A stretch of DNA of 62,818 nucleotides, the filler included, from Asterionella formosa (lineage: Eukaryota): assembly GCA_002256025.1 (NCBI GenBank). It is 16 parts of 16 records of this genome, joined end to end, with 100 filler letters (N's around TTAATTAATTAA, not from the genome) between each part and the next. Parts side by side here need not be neighbours in the genome. Positions count along the whole stretch, not along the records: positions 21,588 to 43,022 come from NKIB01003019.1; 15 more parts are not named here. The stretch is one strand, 5' to 3'. Positions within the stretch are counted from its first letter, which is position 1. Each line of letters starts with the position of its first letter. A program made the position numbers and the translations under genes. Shown here piece after piece: positions 24,962-38,054 of the stretch. The notes beneath the pieces are model-generated. The model ran no database searches. It had not been told where the DNA came from and worked only from the letters and a program-made list of their open reading frames with translations.

Positions 24962-25041
24962 TGACGACGGTGGGATTTGAACCCACGCCAATGAAGACTG
25001 GAGCCTAAATCCAGCGCCTTAGACCACTCGGCCACGTCGTC
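24962..25041 (-). tRNA. tRNA-Leu (anticodon UAG)
   Basis: Reverse complement gives acceptor stem GACGACG/CGTCGTC, D arm TGGCCGAGTGGTCTAAGGC, anticodon arm CTGGA-TTTAGGC-TCCAG, long variable arm, T loop GGTTCAAATCC and discriminator A. Confidence 0.96.
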
Positions 25042-25661
25042 ACTATCTCTACAGGGTTCCTGCCAGCCGGGTCCCTCATGAAATAAATGGTTTTAATAGA
25101 ATATTTAAATACTGATTCAATCTTCAAATAGTTGGCGACGGGTACTGACTGGTACATGGTTTTACGGGTACCTGGTACTCTAACCTTCAGACCCACAGCA
25201 TTGAAGGCCACGCCTCCTCCAGAAACATACCGGGTCGTAGATATTTTGGAGTATGCATTAACCTGGAACTCATTCCCTATGTACTACCGGTAGCCTGGTA
25301 AGCAAGTCGAGAAACAGACGAGAACAAAGGAACGACAAGGTACCAGGTACCTGGTACCAGATACCAGGTTCTCGGAGTACTCCTCCGTTATCAGGTAAGC
25401 TACATACCGTATGGCTGTATGATCAAACTGCTCTCCTCAGCACCCTAATGATGTGAATCCGTGATTTTGAAAGTTGCAAGCACTTCTTGATGTAAATTTC
25501 TGCTATCGCATCATAGTTGTCCTTGCTAGTGGCTTCGCTTGATATCTGTGAGAGCCTGGCAGTAGCATCGACTGGACTCTCATCTCTCGTCATTGTGATA
25601 CCCGGACTGTTTAGGGAGAAAGAATCAATAACTACGTGTCTACTTTTCTGAGATTAATTCA

Positions 25662-27829
25662 ATGGACGGAAGTAGTCAGCTATTGGGGTTGGATGCAACT
25701 GCATCGGTTGAAGATATTACCATTACTTTGACTGCAAAACCACATGCCTTCGGAGGGGCGGTTCTTTCCCCAAAGCATGCGAGGGAGTTAACCCCTCAGC
25801 TCTGTCTAGCAATTGCTTCCGCTCTGTCTGAACAGGCGTGTCAGAAAATCAGTATTCCATACACTCTGTGGATTACAGAAGCCTGGAGAGTCTTGGGGTG
25901 GGCTGAACCATCCGCTGCACTCTTTTGGGAAATGGCAACAATGTATCACACTCTTTACCTCGCGGGGCGAGCTCTTGTGGAAGAATATGAAGTCAATAAG
26001 ATCCCCCCTATTCTCTCATGTGGAAGTCAGTCTAGTTATGGGAGCTTGGAAGCTAGCAATCGATCTGGAGGCGGCAACAAGGATAGCACGAAAAAGTTCT
26101 CAACTGCAGCGTCTGCCAAGGAACTTCCAGTTTGGTTGGTGGGCACCTTTCTTTTACTGCATTGCGAAGAATCTGCATTTTTAAGGAACCTCAGTGGTCA
26201 AGACGAGCGAAGATTTTATAACAATGTTAACACACCAGTGTTGGGAGACTTCCACAGTTTGCTTGGAAAAGGGTTTCTTTCTCCCAGGTAAGCCTCCGTT
26301 TTTCTGTTTCTCATCAAAAACACTCCTTCACGAAACCTAACATTTTGTCATAACCCTGCAGAACCCGCATGCATGCTGGCTGGAATGATCAACAGCATTG
26401 TACATCCTACCTTCTGCGACACTTGCGGAAGGTCCTATTATTGACTGCTGTTCCTCATAATTCGGATGCACTTCGCGCCTGCATGCATTTGGCTGCGTTA
26501 CCAGTACCACAAGCTCATCAATCTTCGCAGCCTCTTGATTCAGAAGAAATTCGTCGCCGTCATGAAGAAGAACATGGAAAAGTTGGAACTTCAGTCCGAC
26601 TTTGTATGGAAGACTTGGCGAGACTTCATTTTATCTTGCAGCCTCCTTCTGGTGGTGGAGTGGACGATCCTCCATTACAGTTTGGAGACTTCTTGTGGTC
26701 CGCTATTTACAATGCTCCCATGCCCGCCGATCCCAGTATTCCTCTTGGTGAAGTGGAACGTGAGATCCGCCGACATCTTGAAGCTGAGTTGCAGGCTTTA
26801 AAAGGCGACAAGGAAGAGCAAACGTTAACATTAGCGAAGTTATCATTGGAAGGAGAATCGGAGCGTGCAAAGCAGCCACAGCAAGGCGACCATAAGGAAC
26901 TGACGTACAACAATTTCCGAGGAACAACCGTTTTGTTAAAACCTTCGGAACAATCTGAAACGCGTTTACATGATTTGGTGGTTTCGGAATGCTCCGATGT
27001 TCATATGTACTTGCTGCAACCGTTTGAACACGTTACTATTGCTGCTTGCACAGGATGCACTATTGTAGTTGGAGCAGTGGCTGGGTTGCTTCATGTTGTG
27101 GACTGTGAAAAGACAACTATCACGTCGGCTGCTCGCCGAATCTTGGTCAGCAACTCATGTGACGTTTTACATTGCATCTTTACTCCCTCTCCTCCTTTGT
27201 TAGTGGGTGACAATCGCAATTGTCAATTTGCCCCATATAACTCCTATTATGATGGCATGAGAGATGACTTATTGTCGACGGGACTGGCAGCTGCAGTATT
27301 GCCAGAAAACCAATCGCCTCGATCTGAAGTCACCGTTGCTTCATGGCCTCCGCTGCAATGTGCTAGCAACAAGTGGAATCACCCAGTCGAATTGTCAAAA
27401 TTAGAAATTCCTCAGGTCGGTGGGAATGCATTGCCCCCATCAGACGACAAGTCTAAGCCCCAAGATGATGCGGCAATGCAGACTCCAGTTTTGTTGCCAG
27501 CGTCAGAATTTGATGTTTTATTTGTTCCCATTGTCAGCGAAGGCAAGCAACACGATGAAACGATTGACGGTAGCCAGTACTGTCGTCTTTTGGCGGAAGT
27601 GCTACAACTCTCGCCTTTTCGACTCCCTGTGGAGTATGAACGCCAGGTCACGGGGAAGGCGGACAGAGTACGAAACTTGCAACTTCTTGTGAAAAAAAAC
27701 TTGACGGAAGGCCAGCAACGCCTGTTCGAAGAGGAATTGAATCGAGGATTTCGCGATTGGCTTGTGACGAGCGGAAATCTTCGTCAAGTATTAGATCTAG
27801 TACATTTAGAACGCAGAGGTGATGTCTAA
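25662..27829 (+). CDS. TBCCD1: TBCC domain-containing protein 1; intron 26288-26361
   Basis: In-frame splice. TBCC/CARP beta-helix CSDVHMYLLQPFEHVTIAACTGCTIVVGAV...PLLVGDNRNCQFAPYNSYY; C-terminal FRDWLVTSGNLRQVLDL. Confidence 0.9.
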
Positions 27830-27880
27830 GTATTCCGAGTACATATCAAAACACCACTTGGGCAATTCTTAGCGTTTTGC

Positions 27881-29770
27881 TTAAAGGTTAGGATCAATGT
27901 ACCACACTCGGTAGTTGTCGTCGATTACAACCTGATGCTTGCTTTTTAGTCCACCTTCGATAATGTTTGGCATGAATTTGTTCTTCTTCTCAAATTTCTC
28001 CACGTTTCGCATTCTTACCATTTCTTGAATTTGTTTCAGTTTCGGCTCTGGGATGTCGTCGATAACTCCCTGTGGCAAATACACAGGAACTTCGTTTGCC
28101 ACTTGCAGTGCCCAAGTAACTCCACTAAAGGCGATACCGTGTTCTTCTTCAAGTCGAATCATCAAGCGATCAACAATATTGGGGTTCGAGGTTTGCTGGG
28201 ATTCCATGTATCGAATGAGATTCTCTACTTTTTGCTTCTTCTCGGCCTCCAACACTTCCCCTAGCTTTGATTCCTGATAGAGTCGGAGATAAGGGTGTGG
28301 CTTCGATTTTGAAACGGTCGTGGTCTCTGGAGGTTTAGCCTGGACTGCGACAGCGTTTCGTGGGAGAGGATCTGTTACTTTGCTGGATTCAGGATTCTCC
28401 GTGACTACGTCGTTCTGGATTTCCGAGCCATAGCTCAGCCCCTTAGCCCATTTAAATGGTTTCTTGTCCAGCGCATGGTCTTCTATGTTCTCGACGACGC
28501 CATTGTCGTCAAAGATGCCACCAACAGACCATTGTCGACGTTTTCCATTGACCCCAACCTCATAAGATTGCCATAGCTCGTTTCTAAGAATGTCAGCTAA
28601 CCTGGTGTGGCGCCTGTCAAAATGGATGGCAAACTCTTTTAAAATTTCTTCGATTCGTGCTACAACTTGAGGCTCAGGAGCGCGTCCAGAAAATGGGCTG
28701 ATAGTAAATGGTTTTTGCTCTCTCGTGACCAAATCTTGCAAGATGATTGGTAGCAACGGACTCGTCGCTGATTTAATCGGTTGTGTTCGTGGAAACATAA
28801 GTTCTGGTTTCTTCCAGGGTTCTTGAAAATCTCCATTGATCTTCCAATTATGAAGGTCATCATTGATAGCAACTCTATATGTTTGGTAAAGCTCGAAGGT
28901 TAAGGATCCCACTAGATTCTGATCGTTTCGAGCACTCGCATCCAATCGCTTTTCTAAAAGTAAGTGAATAGCCTCCTGAATATCTTGGCGTATAAAAGCC
29001 GTGTCATTTTCTGAACGAACCAATTCTATTGTATTTGGTAGTTCAGAACATTCGTTGATGTCAAAATGATTTTTTCCGTCCGCCCGCCACATTGGCGGGT
29101 TGTCGATCACTTCTACGCCATTGATAAGTAGTTCAAAATGCATTGCATCAGCTTGTACATAATCTCCTACTTTCCGTAGTTTCGTTCGCCTAGCGAGCAA
29201 GTTGTGTATATCATTTATACTCAGGGAGCACGTCAGTGCGTTGATCTCACCGCCAATTTGTTGATGCACATGGCCTTTGGGTCCAAATAACCTTTTCGCC
29301 CACAAGGCCGATTTGCGAAATACGGATTCTCGTGCCTGAGGAGGCGGAGAAAGACATGTCGACCAGAGCCGACAGCAGTCCCAAATTCTGACCCCGTGAT
29401 TTTGAATCAGAGTCCTTTCTATTTGGTTTATCTCGTTGTTCGAGTCAGAGTGCCTCACCAACTCTCGTCGGGCGAGCAAATCATTAACTGCTGACTCGTC
29501 GACGGGCATGGTAGTATCGCGATCGTCTCTTGTGAAATAGTGCTTCTTGTCGTCATTTTGGAACCCGTAGTCTGGAGAAGATAGCGGAGACGTAGAAAAC
29601 ATCGTTATCGCTGACAGCACGGGATGAGACCTTGATGGAATGGTTTCACAACGAAGGTCGAATGCCGGGGAGAAACCAAAGGCTCCAGCTATCTGCATCA
29701 TCGTCAGCAAGGGAATGCCCGTTGAGTATAAGATTGACGAGTTCGTTGATGCCCTTCGATGAAAAAACAT
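27881..29770 (-). CDS. Predicted plastid protein with about six repeats resembling the CysRS C-terminal anticodon-binding module
   Basis: 629-aa ORF with GAFG-FSP presequence and a repeated L..R...R...D...AD....L...GV.+.D....W pattern. No synthetase catalytic motifs. Confidence 0.65.
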   Translation of the reverse strand: MFFHRRASTNSSILYSTGIPLLTMMQIAGAFGFSPAFDLRCETIPSRSHPVLSAITMFSTSPLSSPDYGFQNDDKKHYFTRDDRDTTMPVDESAVNDLLARRELVRHSDSNNEINQIERTLIQNHGVRIWDCCRLWSTCLSPPPQARESVFRKSALWAKRLFGPKGHVHQQIGGEINALTCSLSINDIHNLLARRTKLRKVGDYVQADAMHFELLINGVEVIDNPPMWRADGKNHFDINECSELPNTIELVRSENDTAFIRQDIQEAIHLLLEKRLDASARNDQNLVGSLTFELYQTYRVAINDDLHNWKINGDFQEPWKKPELMFPRTQPIKSATSPLLPIILQDLVTREQKPFTISPFSGRAPEPQVVARIEEILKEFAIHFDRRHTRLADILRNELWQSYEVGVNGKRRQWSVGGIFDDNGVVENIEDHALDKKPFKWAKGLSYGSEIQNDVVTENPESSKVTDPLPRNAVAVQAKPPETTTVSKSKPHPYLRLYQESKLGEVLEAEKKQKVENLIRYMESQQTSNPNIVDRLMIRLEEEHGIAFSGVTWALQVANEVPVYLPQGVIDDIPEPKLKQIQEMVRMRNVEKFEKKNKFMPNIIEGGLKSKHQVVIDDNYRVWYIDPNL

Positions 29771-30558
29771 TTTGTTAGATTATTTGGTACCTGGTACTGG
29801 CACTCTTCGACGATGGCTCTGAAGGTGAGACAAACCTAGTCACATCACTGGTATTTGTATTGTGAGTACCAGGTACCTGGTACCGGTATTTTCCTGTTGT
29901 TTGGCTGCGTTGCAAAACTGCAGCATGCATGAGCGATGATATTCTTGCCTGGCTGTGGAGATTTCTTGGATTTCCTTCGGCCAGCCAAGACCGCATCATG
30001 GGATACTGTGTGACGTGGTTCTTTGGAGTTGAAGTACCTGGTACCCTGGTACTGTTCTCCCACCTTGCTGTAAAGAGAACTAATGATTTCTGGGATATAC
30101 TGATATTTTGGTATGCAAAGAACAGTCTACCGGTATATATTACTGATACATCGGATGGTCTCGCATGTAGGAGTATATACCGTATTTCAAACAGACTACC
30201 GGTAGCATGATACCCATGGTAGCAGGTGACCGGGAGCACGTACCGGTACTCCAGTGTTTTGTTTTGCCCCCCCCCCCTCCACACACTGAGCATATGCATG
30301 TGCAAAGTATGCAATACCGGTATGTAGTATATTGGATAACATTCCATGTATCGATCGTATGTACACCGGTATTTGGTTTTGTTCGTGCGTTACTCACAAC
30401 CACATTTCAAATATTAACAAACAAAGCAACCAGAATAAATCGTCTCTATCTGTGGTATATAGCGACCACTTTCAACCACCTCGTTCTGTAGATTTCCACA
30501 TCTCCCCATCCACACGCATCACCAAAAATACAGGTTTCTGTGCTTGACAATCAAGAGC

Positions 30559-31203
30559 ATGAAGTCATTCACTTTCTTACTAACGGTTTCTTGTATTCAT
30601 ACGTCAACCGGCTTCTCAGCACCTCTGAGAAAGCTTGACTTTTTTGGATCTATCCAATCCATCTTTCGTCTTCCTAACGACAAGCAGAATCCGTCATCTC
30701 AGACGGAGCGACGAGATGCTCTCAAATCAATTCTGTTATCGGAATGTTCCCAAAAAGGAGTGCCGCGTGAACAAGTCGAGGAATTGATCTACGAATTGGC
30801 AGACTTCTCGCCCATTCGTTGCACTGCAAGCAGCGACTTGCTTCAGAAGAAATGGCTGCTGCTGTGGACCACTGAAAAAGAAATCAATTTCTTTATTGAC
30901 TGGAAACTCAGCTCTCAAATCACGCAAACGATTGATAGAACCTTGTTAGAGAACAACATCCCCTTTGTTCGAGGAGGTAGCTTCGGTGTCAAGGGTAATT
31001 TGTCCATTCCTAATACGCAAGGCATCCGAACAACCTTCCAGTTTACAACTGCAAACTTGGATCTTGGATCGTGGGGATCGTTCAATTTTCCTCCTGTCGG
31101 CGAAGGATGGTTTGATACTATCTATTTGGACGATGATCTCCGGGTGGATACCAATAGTCGAAACGATATACTCATTTGTGTTCCGTTTCCGTCGAATAGC
31201 TAG
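30559..31203 (+). CDS. Plastid lipid-associated protein (PAP/fibrillin)
   Basis: Signal peptide STG-FSAP, W.LLWTTEKEINF and GWFDTIYLDDDLRV. Confidence 0.88.
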   Translation: MKSFTFLLTVSCIHTSTGFSAPLRKLDFFGSIQSIFRLPNDKQNPSSQTERRDALKSILLSECSQKGVPREQVEELIYELADFSPIRCTASSDLLQKKWLLLWTTEKEINFFIDWKLSSQITQTIDRTLLENNIPFVRGGSFGVKGNLSIPNTQGIRTTFQFTTANLDLGSWGSFNFPPVGEGWFDTIYLDDDLRVDTNSRNDILICVPFPSNS

Positions 31204-31632
31204 GCCGGCAACTTACTGTAATAGATTAATGCGCCCTCGATTAAATTTCATCCGAACGGGTATTTTCTTAAAAGGCTACCGGTACTTAACGTTAAATATT
31301 ATCTCATGCATTTTTCAAAGGAAGATATTCTGAGAAGCTCCTAATGACATCATGAGTAGTTTTTGTTTTTGGAAAAGATAGCTTATCTAGGGTTTACGAC
31401 CTCAAAAAGTGTCGAAACTTTTTGGCAATGTCGAGCAAGCATGACATGAGCACACATCTTTTTCAACCAAAGGGCTCTGGCTATTCGAAGATTTTAACCT
31501 GGAGATTTGCTTTTTTATGAATGATCCATAGACGACTAGCGGAATCAAAACAATCGATATTCAACTTAGTAGCGTATCAAGGCAAGCAGATAAAGTGTAT
31601 ACTGGTACGCGGAGGCTATGCAATAAATACTG

Positions 31633-34600
31633 CTACCGTCTAGCAACCGCAAGAGAATGAAAAACGTCCATGACCCGCGGAGCGAGAGCAGCCAACGAAT
31701 CGTTGATGAGGCTGATAAAATACCGCTCTGCGTCTTCATCGGCGAGATCGAGCCTGAATCGAAGCTCGACAGAGGAGATGACCCCATCCGCATTGGCAGA
31801 AGGATTGTTCGAGAGGTCCCCAATGCCAGCATCACTCATGAGATGCAGCAGGTTCAGAACTAGCCCGGCGCTCTTTCGCAACGTATTGAATGCTTGGCAG
31901 GCTAGTGAACAAAATTGACGATACTCTGATGATTCCATTCCTCCCATACCATCAACCATCTGTGAGCCCAAAGAAACGCTTCGAGTTAAAAAATATCGCC
32001 TTACTGAGGGCAGAGGAGACATTGGCGACTTACCTCTCTCGTTAGTCGGAATGCCGGTGGTAAAGGTTTCGGGTCACGACCAAAGATAAAACCAAAGTCA
32101 ATATGGAAGAAATGGCCACTAGTCTGTAACATTATATTGTCAAGGTGCCGATCTCCGACTCCCAACAGATATGTTATTACGCAATAGCCCGCACAACTGC
32201 GAACATAATTTGACATCACTTCGCTTTTTACGTTATACTTAGCACCTTTCTTCGGCGCCTTCGACTGAAAGAATGCCAAGATAGAGTTATTGTGTGAAGC
32301 AAGGACTTGAGAGATCGGGCTCGACGCGTCGACGAATTCAACTAATCCCGATGTGGGAGACATGGCAATGATCGAATAAGGTGTAAGACAGAGGTCGAGT
32401 GCTCCTCGTTTCAGAAGTCCATCCATGAGTTGAATCATCATGATAACAAGTTGATCTTGTCTCAAATCATCTCCAGTCTTCACGATGACTCGGTAGCTCG
32501 TCAGGCTATCTGCAGTTGCGGTAGTTTGCTCGAGTAACTGAGAGCCTCTGGCAGAAACATCCTTCAGTCGAAAGTCAGAGTCATCGATTGGGGGCAAACA
32601 TGAAGCCACCCGAAACTCGATCAAAGCAGGATAAAGAGCTGACTTGAACATTTTCGCAGATTGTGAATAAAGTCCATCAACCAAAATGTGAGGTGCTGAA
32701 GGAAGAGGTACGGGCTTTCCAGCCAACTTCCTGTCGAAACCACCAGCGGCAAGAGCCTCTCGTAGATGCAGCTCCTTCGCGTCTTTCTTTCCCCTTGAAT
32801 CGCGGCTCGACATTTGAATCTCCATTAAACTGGAAATGAACTCGTCCTGTGCTGTTAAAACTTCCCACACTGTTCGTTGCACTTTATGGTCACGTCGCGA
32901 CGATCCGAGTTTAGAAACTGATCCAAGAATAGACTTCAACGACTTTCCTTTCGAATCCTGACTCAAGGACGAGTCAGCCATCGCTGTTGATAGCTTGTCT
33001 TCCAGCGCAGAGAATACTTCGACGTATCTCGCTCCATATGTAGGATCCTGAAGCTCGACTTTAAGGTACCTGGTACATCAACAGACAGCGACATACTAGG
33101 TCAGGCCATAGAGATCACAACGAGCACACAAACCCTGCCAATCTTACCAGTACAAGAAGTTTGCGAGTTCAATGTTTTTCGCAGCGCGTTCGATGAGAAA
33201 ATGTGCAAGTGACGATCCTGAACGTGATGACTTCGTCGAAGATTGTCCCGACAACGGGAGACTGGAAGCAACTGTCTGTTCGGTGTCTTCGTACTTAATC
33301 GCTTGAACAAGCTGTAGCAAATAAAGTCGGAGTTCATCGTCCGGCGCTGATGCGAGAGTATCAATTGCATAGGATCTCACCTGATAGAGGCAAAGAGGCG
33401 AAATGCCATGAAGGTGAGCATGCGAAGAAACACACAGTTTGTTACTGTACCTTGTTGGTGAACTTACAAGATTTGTTTGGAAGGCGACGTGCTTGCCTAA
33501 CAGTCTCAAGGCGTCGGTAACTTCGATCGGGCTACGCTTCCGCCATTGTTCAAGAAGCTCAGCTGCTTGAACCACTTCACTTTCGATTTCCCAATCTACT
33601 GCAAGAAGAAACTTGGTAAGCGCACTGCGGTTGTCAACCAAGCTGAATCTAAATCTCCAAAGAAGATCTTTTTCTTCACGTGTTGGATGATGGGATGGTG
33701 ATGCAATGATTGCTGCGAGCCTATCTCGTTGCTCTCTGTCAGGCTTCAATGCCGGGTCTACCAGACCTCGGAGTAGATCATGTGCCAGAGTGCGGTACTT
33801 GTCCTCGACTGGATTATTTTGTTCGCTCTCGTAGTCCAAGAAAGGCACTAAGGATAGGTGCGTTTCTTCTACTTGTTTTCTTGCCAACGCCAATTCTAAT
33901 GCCGTGACCCCTCCACATGCTCCGTCGAGTGGTGTCGGGTAAAACGTCTCCTCATGCAATACTGGAACATCAAAAAAAGGCATTTCAAGCAATAATATTG
34001 GTGGCGCGTCGTCGTCGACAAAGATGACATTTTGATAGCTTTCTTCGACAGCGGCAAGTATTTCGTTGCAATGCTCTTTCGTAATGGAGTCCAACCAGGG
34101 AACGCTTTGAATATGTCCAAAATTAGAGGTAGGTGGTGCATCCAGAACTTTCTTCGGGGTTTGTTCCAGTCTTTTGAGCTCATCTAAAATTTTGGATGCC
34201 TTCCAAACTTGATCCTCTTCATCCCAAGTCAGTTTGTCGGAGCGAGGTTCCAAACCAGGATTGAGTGAATGGTTAAATTTTCCAGGCAATGTCATGTCTA
34301 ATCTTTGCAAGCCCATTTTCAGCTTTCCGTAAGTCTCGAACAAGGGAAATGTCGTCTCGTAAAGCTGTTCTTCCGATTTTTAGAAAAAAATTGTGTGTTC
34401 AATTCGAGAGCAATATAATTGAACACCAGAAGGTACTTACTTTCCTATCACTTTGTCCAATAATTTCAAGGTACAGGTACGCATCTCTGGGTAAGTCTCT
34501 CCATCGAACTGGCGCTTCTAGCACATGATTCCAAATACATTCATGTGTTGATTGTTGTACTGTCGGTCCAACCAAAGGAAATTGTCTTGGTCTCAGGGCA

Positions 34601-34830
34601 GCCGCTGGAGTACATGACTTGACGGATACCACATCCAAGCCTCCCATGCCGCGTACTGATACTTGTACGCGCCATTCCAACAAGGAGGAACCGTTTTCTA
34701 CTCTGCGATCTCTAATGACATGAGCAGATCGAATCACCATTGTGACATGTGATTTCTGGGACAAGGAGGAATGTGGCATCCAAGTGACATTTACCCACAT
34801 GTCGTCTGGAATTGTCGATAGCTGTGTCAT
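31633..34830 (-). CDS. VPS34: Class III phosphatidylinositol 3-kinase VPS34; introns 34365-34440, 33381-33467, 33070-33147, 31960-32033
   Basis: C2 domain (RWRDLPRDA), PIK helical domain (LYLLQLVQAIKYE) and kinase domain (FKSALYP, KTGDDLRQDQL, GDRHLDN, HIDFGFIFGRDPKP). All four introns are GT-AG and keep frame. Confidence 0.96.
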
Positions 34831-35458
34831 AATTGCTGGCTTGGATGGAAAGCAAAGTGGAAACGGGGCGTGAAGCAAAATGTGCTGCACTGCTACTGTC
34901 TCGCTAGAACTGATATGGATTGCTTCTGAACAAACAAACAAGTCGTCGTTTCCCAAAAAGCAACGAGGAATTTTGTATTTTAACAATAAACGCTTATTTT
35001 ATATTTAAACCACATAGGAAGGTGGAATTTTTATTACCAGCAGTATAGAGTCTGACTACAGTACCGGTACCTACCTACCCGTATTTATACTAGACTACCG
35101 GTACTGGTACGCACCTTAATAATATCATACCACACATCAAAAGGAATCTCGAGGCGTGTGATTCTTACAAACGTAAAAATGCTTCACAAGCTAGCAGGAA
35201 AAATTGTCTAAAGTAAAACTTCAAACATTAAATGAGAAACAGTTCCAGATATGTATCAGCAAAGCAAAAGTGGACTAGCCTACCGGTAAAGCCTGGAATT
35301 ATCCCATCATGCCTATTTTATATCAATTAATTTCGTGACTTATGCAAATAATTTTGGCAAGTGGTGCATTACAATGAACGAAAAGTGTTCTCCACCAGGA
35401 GACAACGACAAATATACCAACTTTCCTCCCAAACCCCACAGAAAATGGAAAACCCAAT

Positions 35459-36930
35459 CTACATATCCTGTCCTCCTCTGTATTCTCTTCCTCCCGTTGG
35501 TGGTGGATGGTACGGCTGAGGGGGGTACTGATGGTGCTGATAATGTCCCCGCACTGGCTGTGGGTAAGGGCCTCTTGGCGGAGGTTGTTGAGGAACCGCA
35601 ACCTGAGCATGATGATCATAGTAGCCATGTGGAGGCGCTTGGCCCCAGTGGGGATGTGGATGATAATATCGAGGATCGTGACCTGCTGAAGGAGGGTGCA
35701 TGGCCTGCCCATGGATAGGAGGAGGTATGCCAGGATATTGCAAATCCCCATGTGGAGCGTACTGTCCAGCATAGTCCGCTCCAGGCCGCTTTCCTTCATC
35801 TTCCTCTTCATCTTCATCCTTATCTAAAACAGGGTTCATTCCGTTGTGCTTGTCGGCCTCGCGCTCGTAGTACTGTTTTTCTTCGCTGGCAAGCTGTTTC
35901 CAGGCGTTACCAACAAGCCGAGCAACTGACCCTCTCTCGGAAGGAACACCGGACTCTGATTGTTTGAGTCTGAGGACATGAGCAGAGAAGAACATGTTAT
36001 AACCAGTCTTATTCCTCTTGCGATTCGCCTGCTTATCGGGAGGTTGATACTTGGCCATCTGCTCTTCATAACGCTTGCGGTCTTCGCGGGCTCTGTTGGG
36101 TTACAACAACACATTGGAGTAAGCGAGTGAAAGAGTAGATACTGTAAGGAACAATGCTCACATCTTTAAACATACCTTTCTTCATAGAGAATCTTATCGT
36201 CTGCGCTAAGCTCTTTCCACTGGTTTCCTGTGGTCGCAACAAGCGAGGCAGGGGGGACTCGCTTAAGCTGAGCGTCGGAATCCGAACTCTTCAACGCTTG
36301 CTCATTTTCCTTGGACAACAGGGCGAAACGATCCTGAACAAAAATGTTGTAGGCGGACAATGCTCGTGTAGGAGCACCTTCGTCCTTGCGCTTTCGCTTG
36401 TACGTCTGCTTCCGTTTGCTGATGAATGCCTTGAGCTTATTGATCTCACCGGCTAGGCGTTCAATCTGTGAGTCCTTTCTCTTGAGAGTCTGAACCAGGG
36501 CGAGCTCCAGTTCCGAGGTGGGCGTAGTAGTGTTGATGATTTCCATTTGCTTGAGCGCCTCTGGGTCCATGTGTTCAATCGCAGCAAAGCCTTTGCCGTC
36601 AATCAAGTCATCAACGTCCTCATCGTCGTCCTCTTTATTAGGTCGACGGGGAGGACGACGGCGAGGGCGAGGAGGTGCCTGGTCAACTTTCTCAGGCTTC
36701 TCTTCGACGGTCTCTTCTTCATCTCCTTCGTTTTCCTCTTCTGCGTCCTGTCCCTCGTCTGCTTCCTTCGCTTCGTCCTTGGTATCGTCAGCCCCGTCGT
36801 CATCGGCCTCAGTTTCTTCGTCGTCCTTTTCTTCGTCGGCCTGTTCTTCGTCGACCTGTTCTTCGTCGTCCTTCGCCGGTTCAGGAGCTTCTTCTTCGTC
36901 TTTGACTCGACGAGATCTACGGGTGGTCAT
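35459..36930 (-). CDS. Two-HMG-box protein with acidic N-terminus and Pro/His/Gln/Tyr-rich tail; intron 36093-36175
   Basis: APTRALSAYNIFV...WKELSADDKILYEERAREDRKRYEEQM and KRNKTGYNMFF...VGNAWKQL..EEKQYYE. Confidence 0.9.
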
Positions 36931-38054
36931 GTTGATGGGGTGGATATTCTGTAGGAACGGGTTAATCAAATCGGGTTTGTTTGCCTTTGGAAAAAGAAGC
37001 GACAGGGTATGAGAGTCAGCCTGGACTATGGGCGCCGTTGAGTTTGCGTAGCTCTTGGTACAACAGCAAAAACGAAGCTGGTGTCATCGTGAGGCTGCAA
37101 CAGAAGGGGTGGAACCTGATTGCTGACATCGTTGAACTAGACGTGGGCACTGCGAGATGCCGTTTGTCGAGATTGATCTCCTAGTGGCGGTTGCTGTGTG
37201 TCCATTCCCTAATTGGCGCAACAGCTGGCACTGTTGTTGTGGTTCGAGTGTTCCGGTATACTTTTCACTTGCGACATTTTCATTGTTTGCGAAATTCTTC
37301 TGCTGATCACAGCTGATCAATAAACTTACCAGGTTCCTAACGGATGTGTGTGATGGAGGCACGGTAAAGGACGATTCTGAGGGTTATCAAACTGATGCTG
37401 ACCTATATCGGATCTAGGCGAGTGTATGTTTGAATGTTCAGCTTATATTCTCTTCATTTGTGTTGTTTGTGATTGATCATTTGATCATCTGATTTATATA
37501 CGTATATCAATATTTCCTCCCAGCGATACTACTTTCAATGATCTTGTAAAATTCTACATTAAGTTTCTATCGTACCTCGGCCAGACAGAAGCAATCAAAG
37601 AGACAATCTTTGTTATGTTCGATCCTCATTTTCACTACTTCATGAATACAGGGCGCGCCAGCATGCCATTTCGTCGCTGTTATATTTGTCACAATTTCTA
37701 CAACACTCTCCGTTTGCCGGTGGACAAATATTCATGTGCTAGAATATTTCACGCTCGGGAACAATTACCGTGCCGGCTCGCAAGTTCCATCTTTAAGACT
37801 CCTTCGACCCAATTATTACGAACATGTCATTAGCTATGCATTGCAAGACGATGATCGCTGGCCTTCTGCTATCGGATTATTATGGCGTGCGTTGATGCAC
37901 GCAGAATCATGGCCATAGAAAATAATTCGAGACCTGCAGGACTGCTGCCAAGACTACCGGTAATATTGTTACTACACGACAACCGTGGTGCCAGTTGTTT
38001 ATATGTAACAGGTACATCAAACATACCGGTATAGATCATGAAAATAACATTATT

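Noticed and set aside
33067..33075. TACCTGGTA motif spanning a VPS34 splice acceptor, as a footprint-created splice site
   Set aside because: The exon side encodes the conserved W-Y-L and the intron side is an ordinary CAG, so coincidence is sufficient.
2915..34830. VPS37 plus VPS34 as an endosomal gene cluster
   Set aside because: They lie on different contigs separated by a linker.
36518..37012. Ser-rich antisense ORFs (also 4984-5385)
   Set aside because: Shadows of acidic GAA/GAC-rich coding sequence on the opposite strand.
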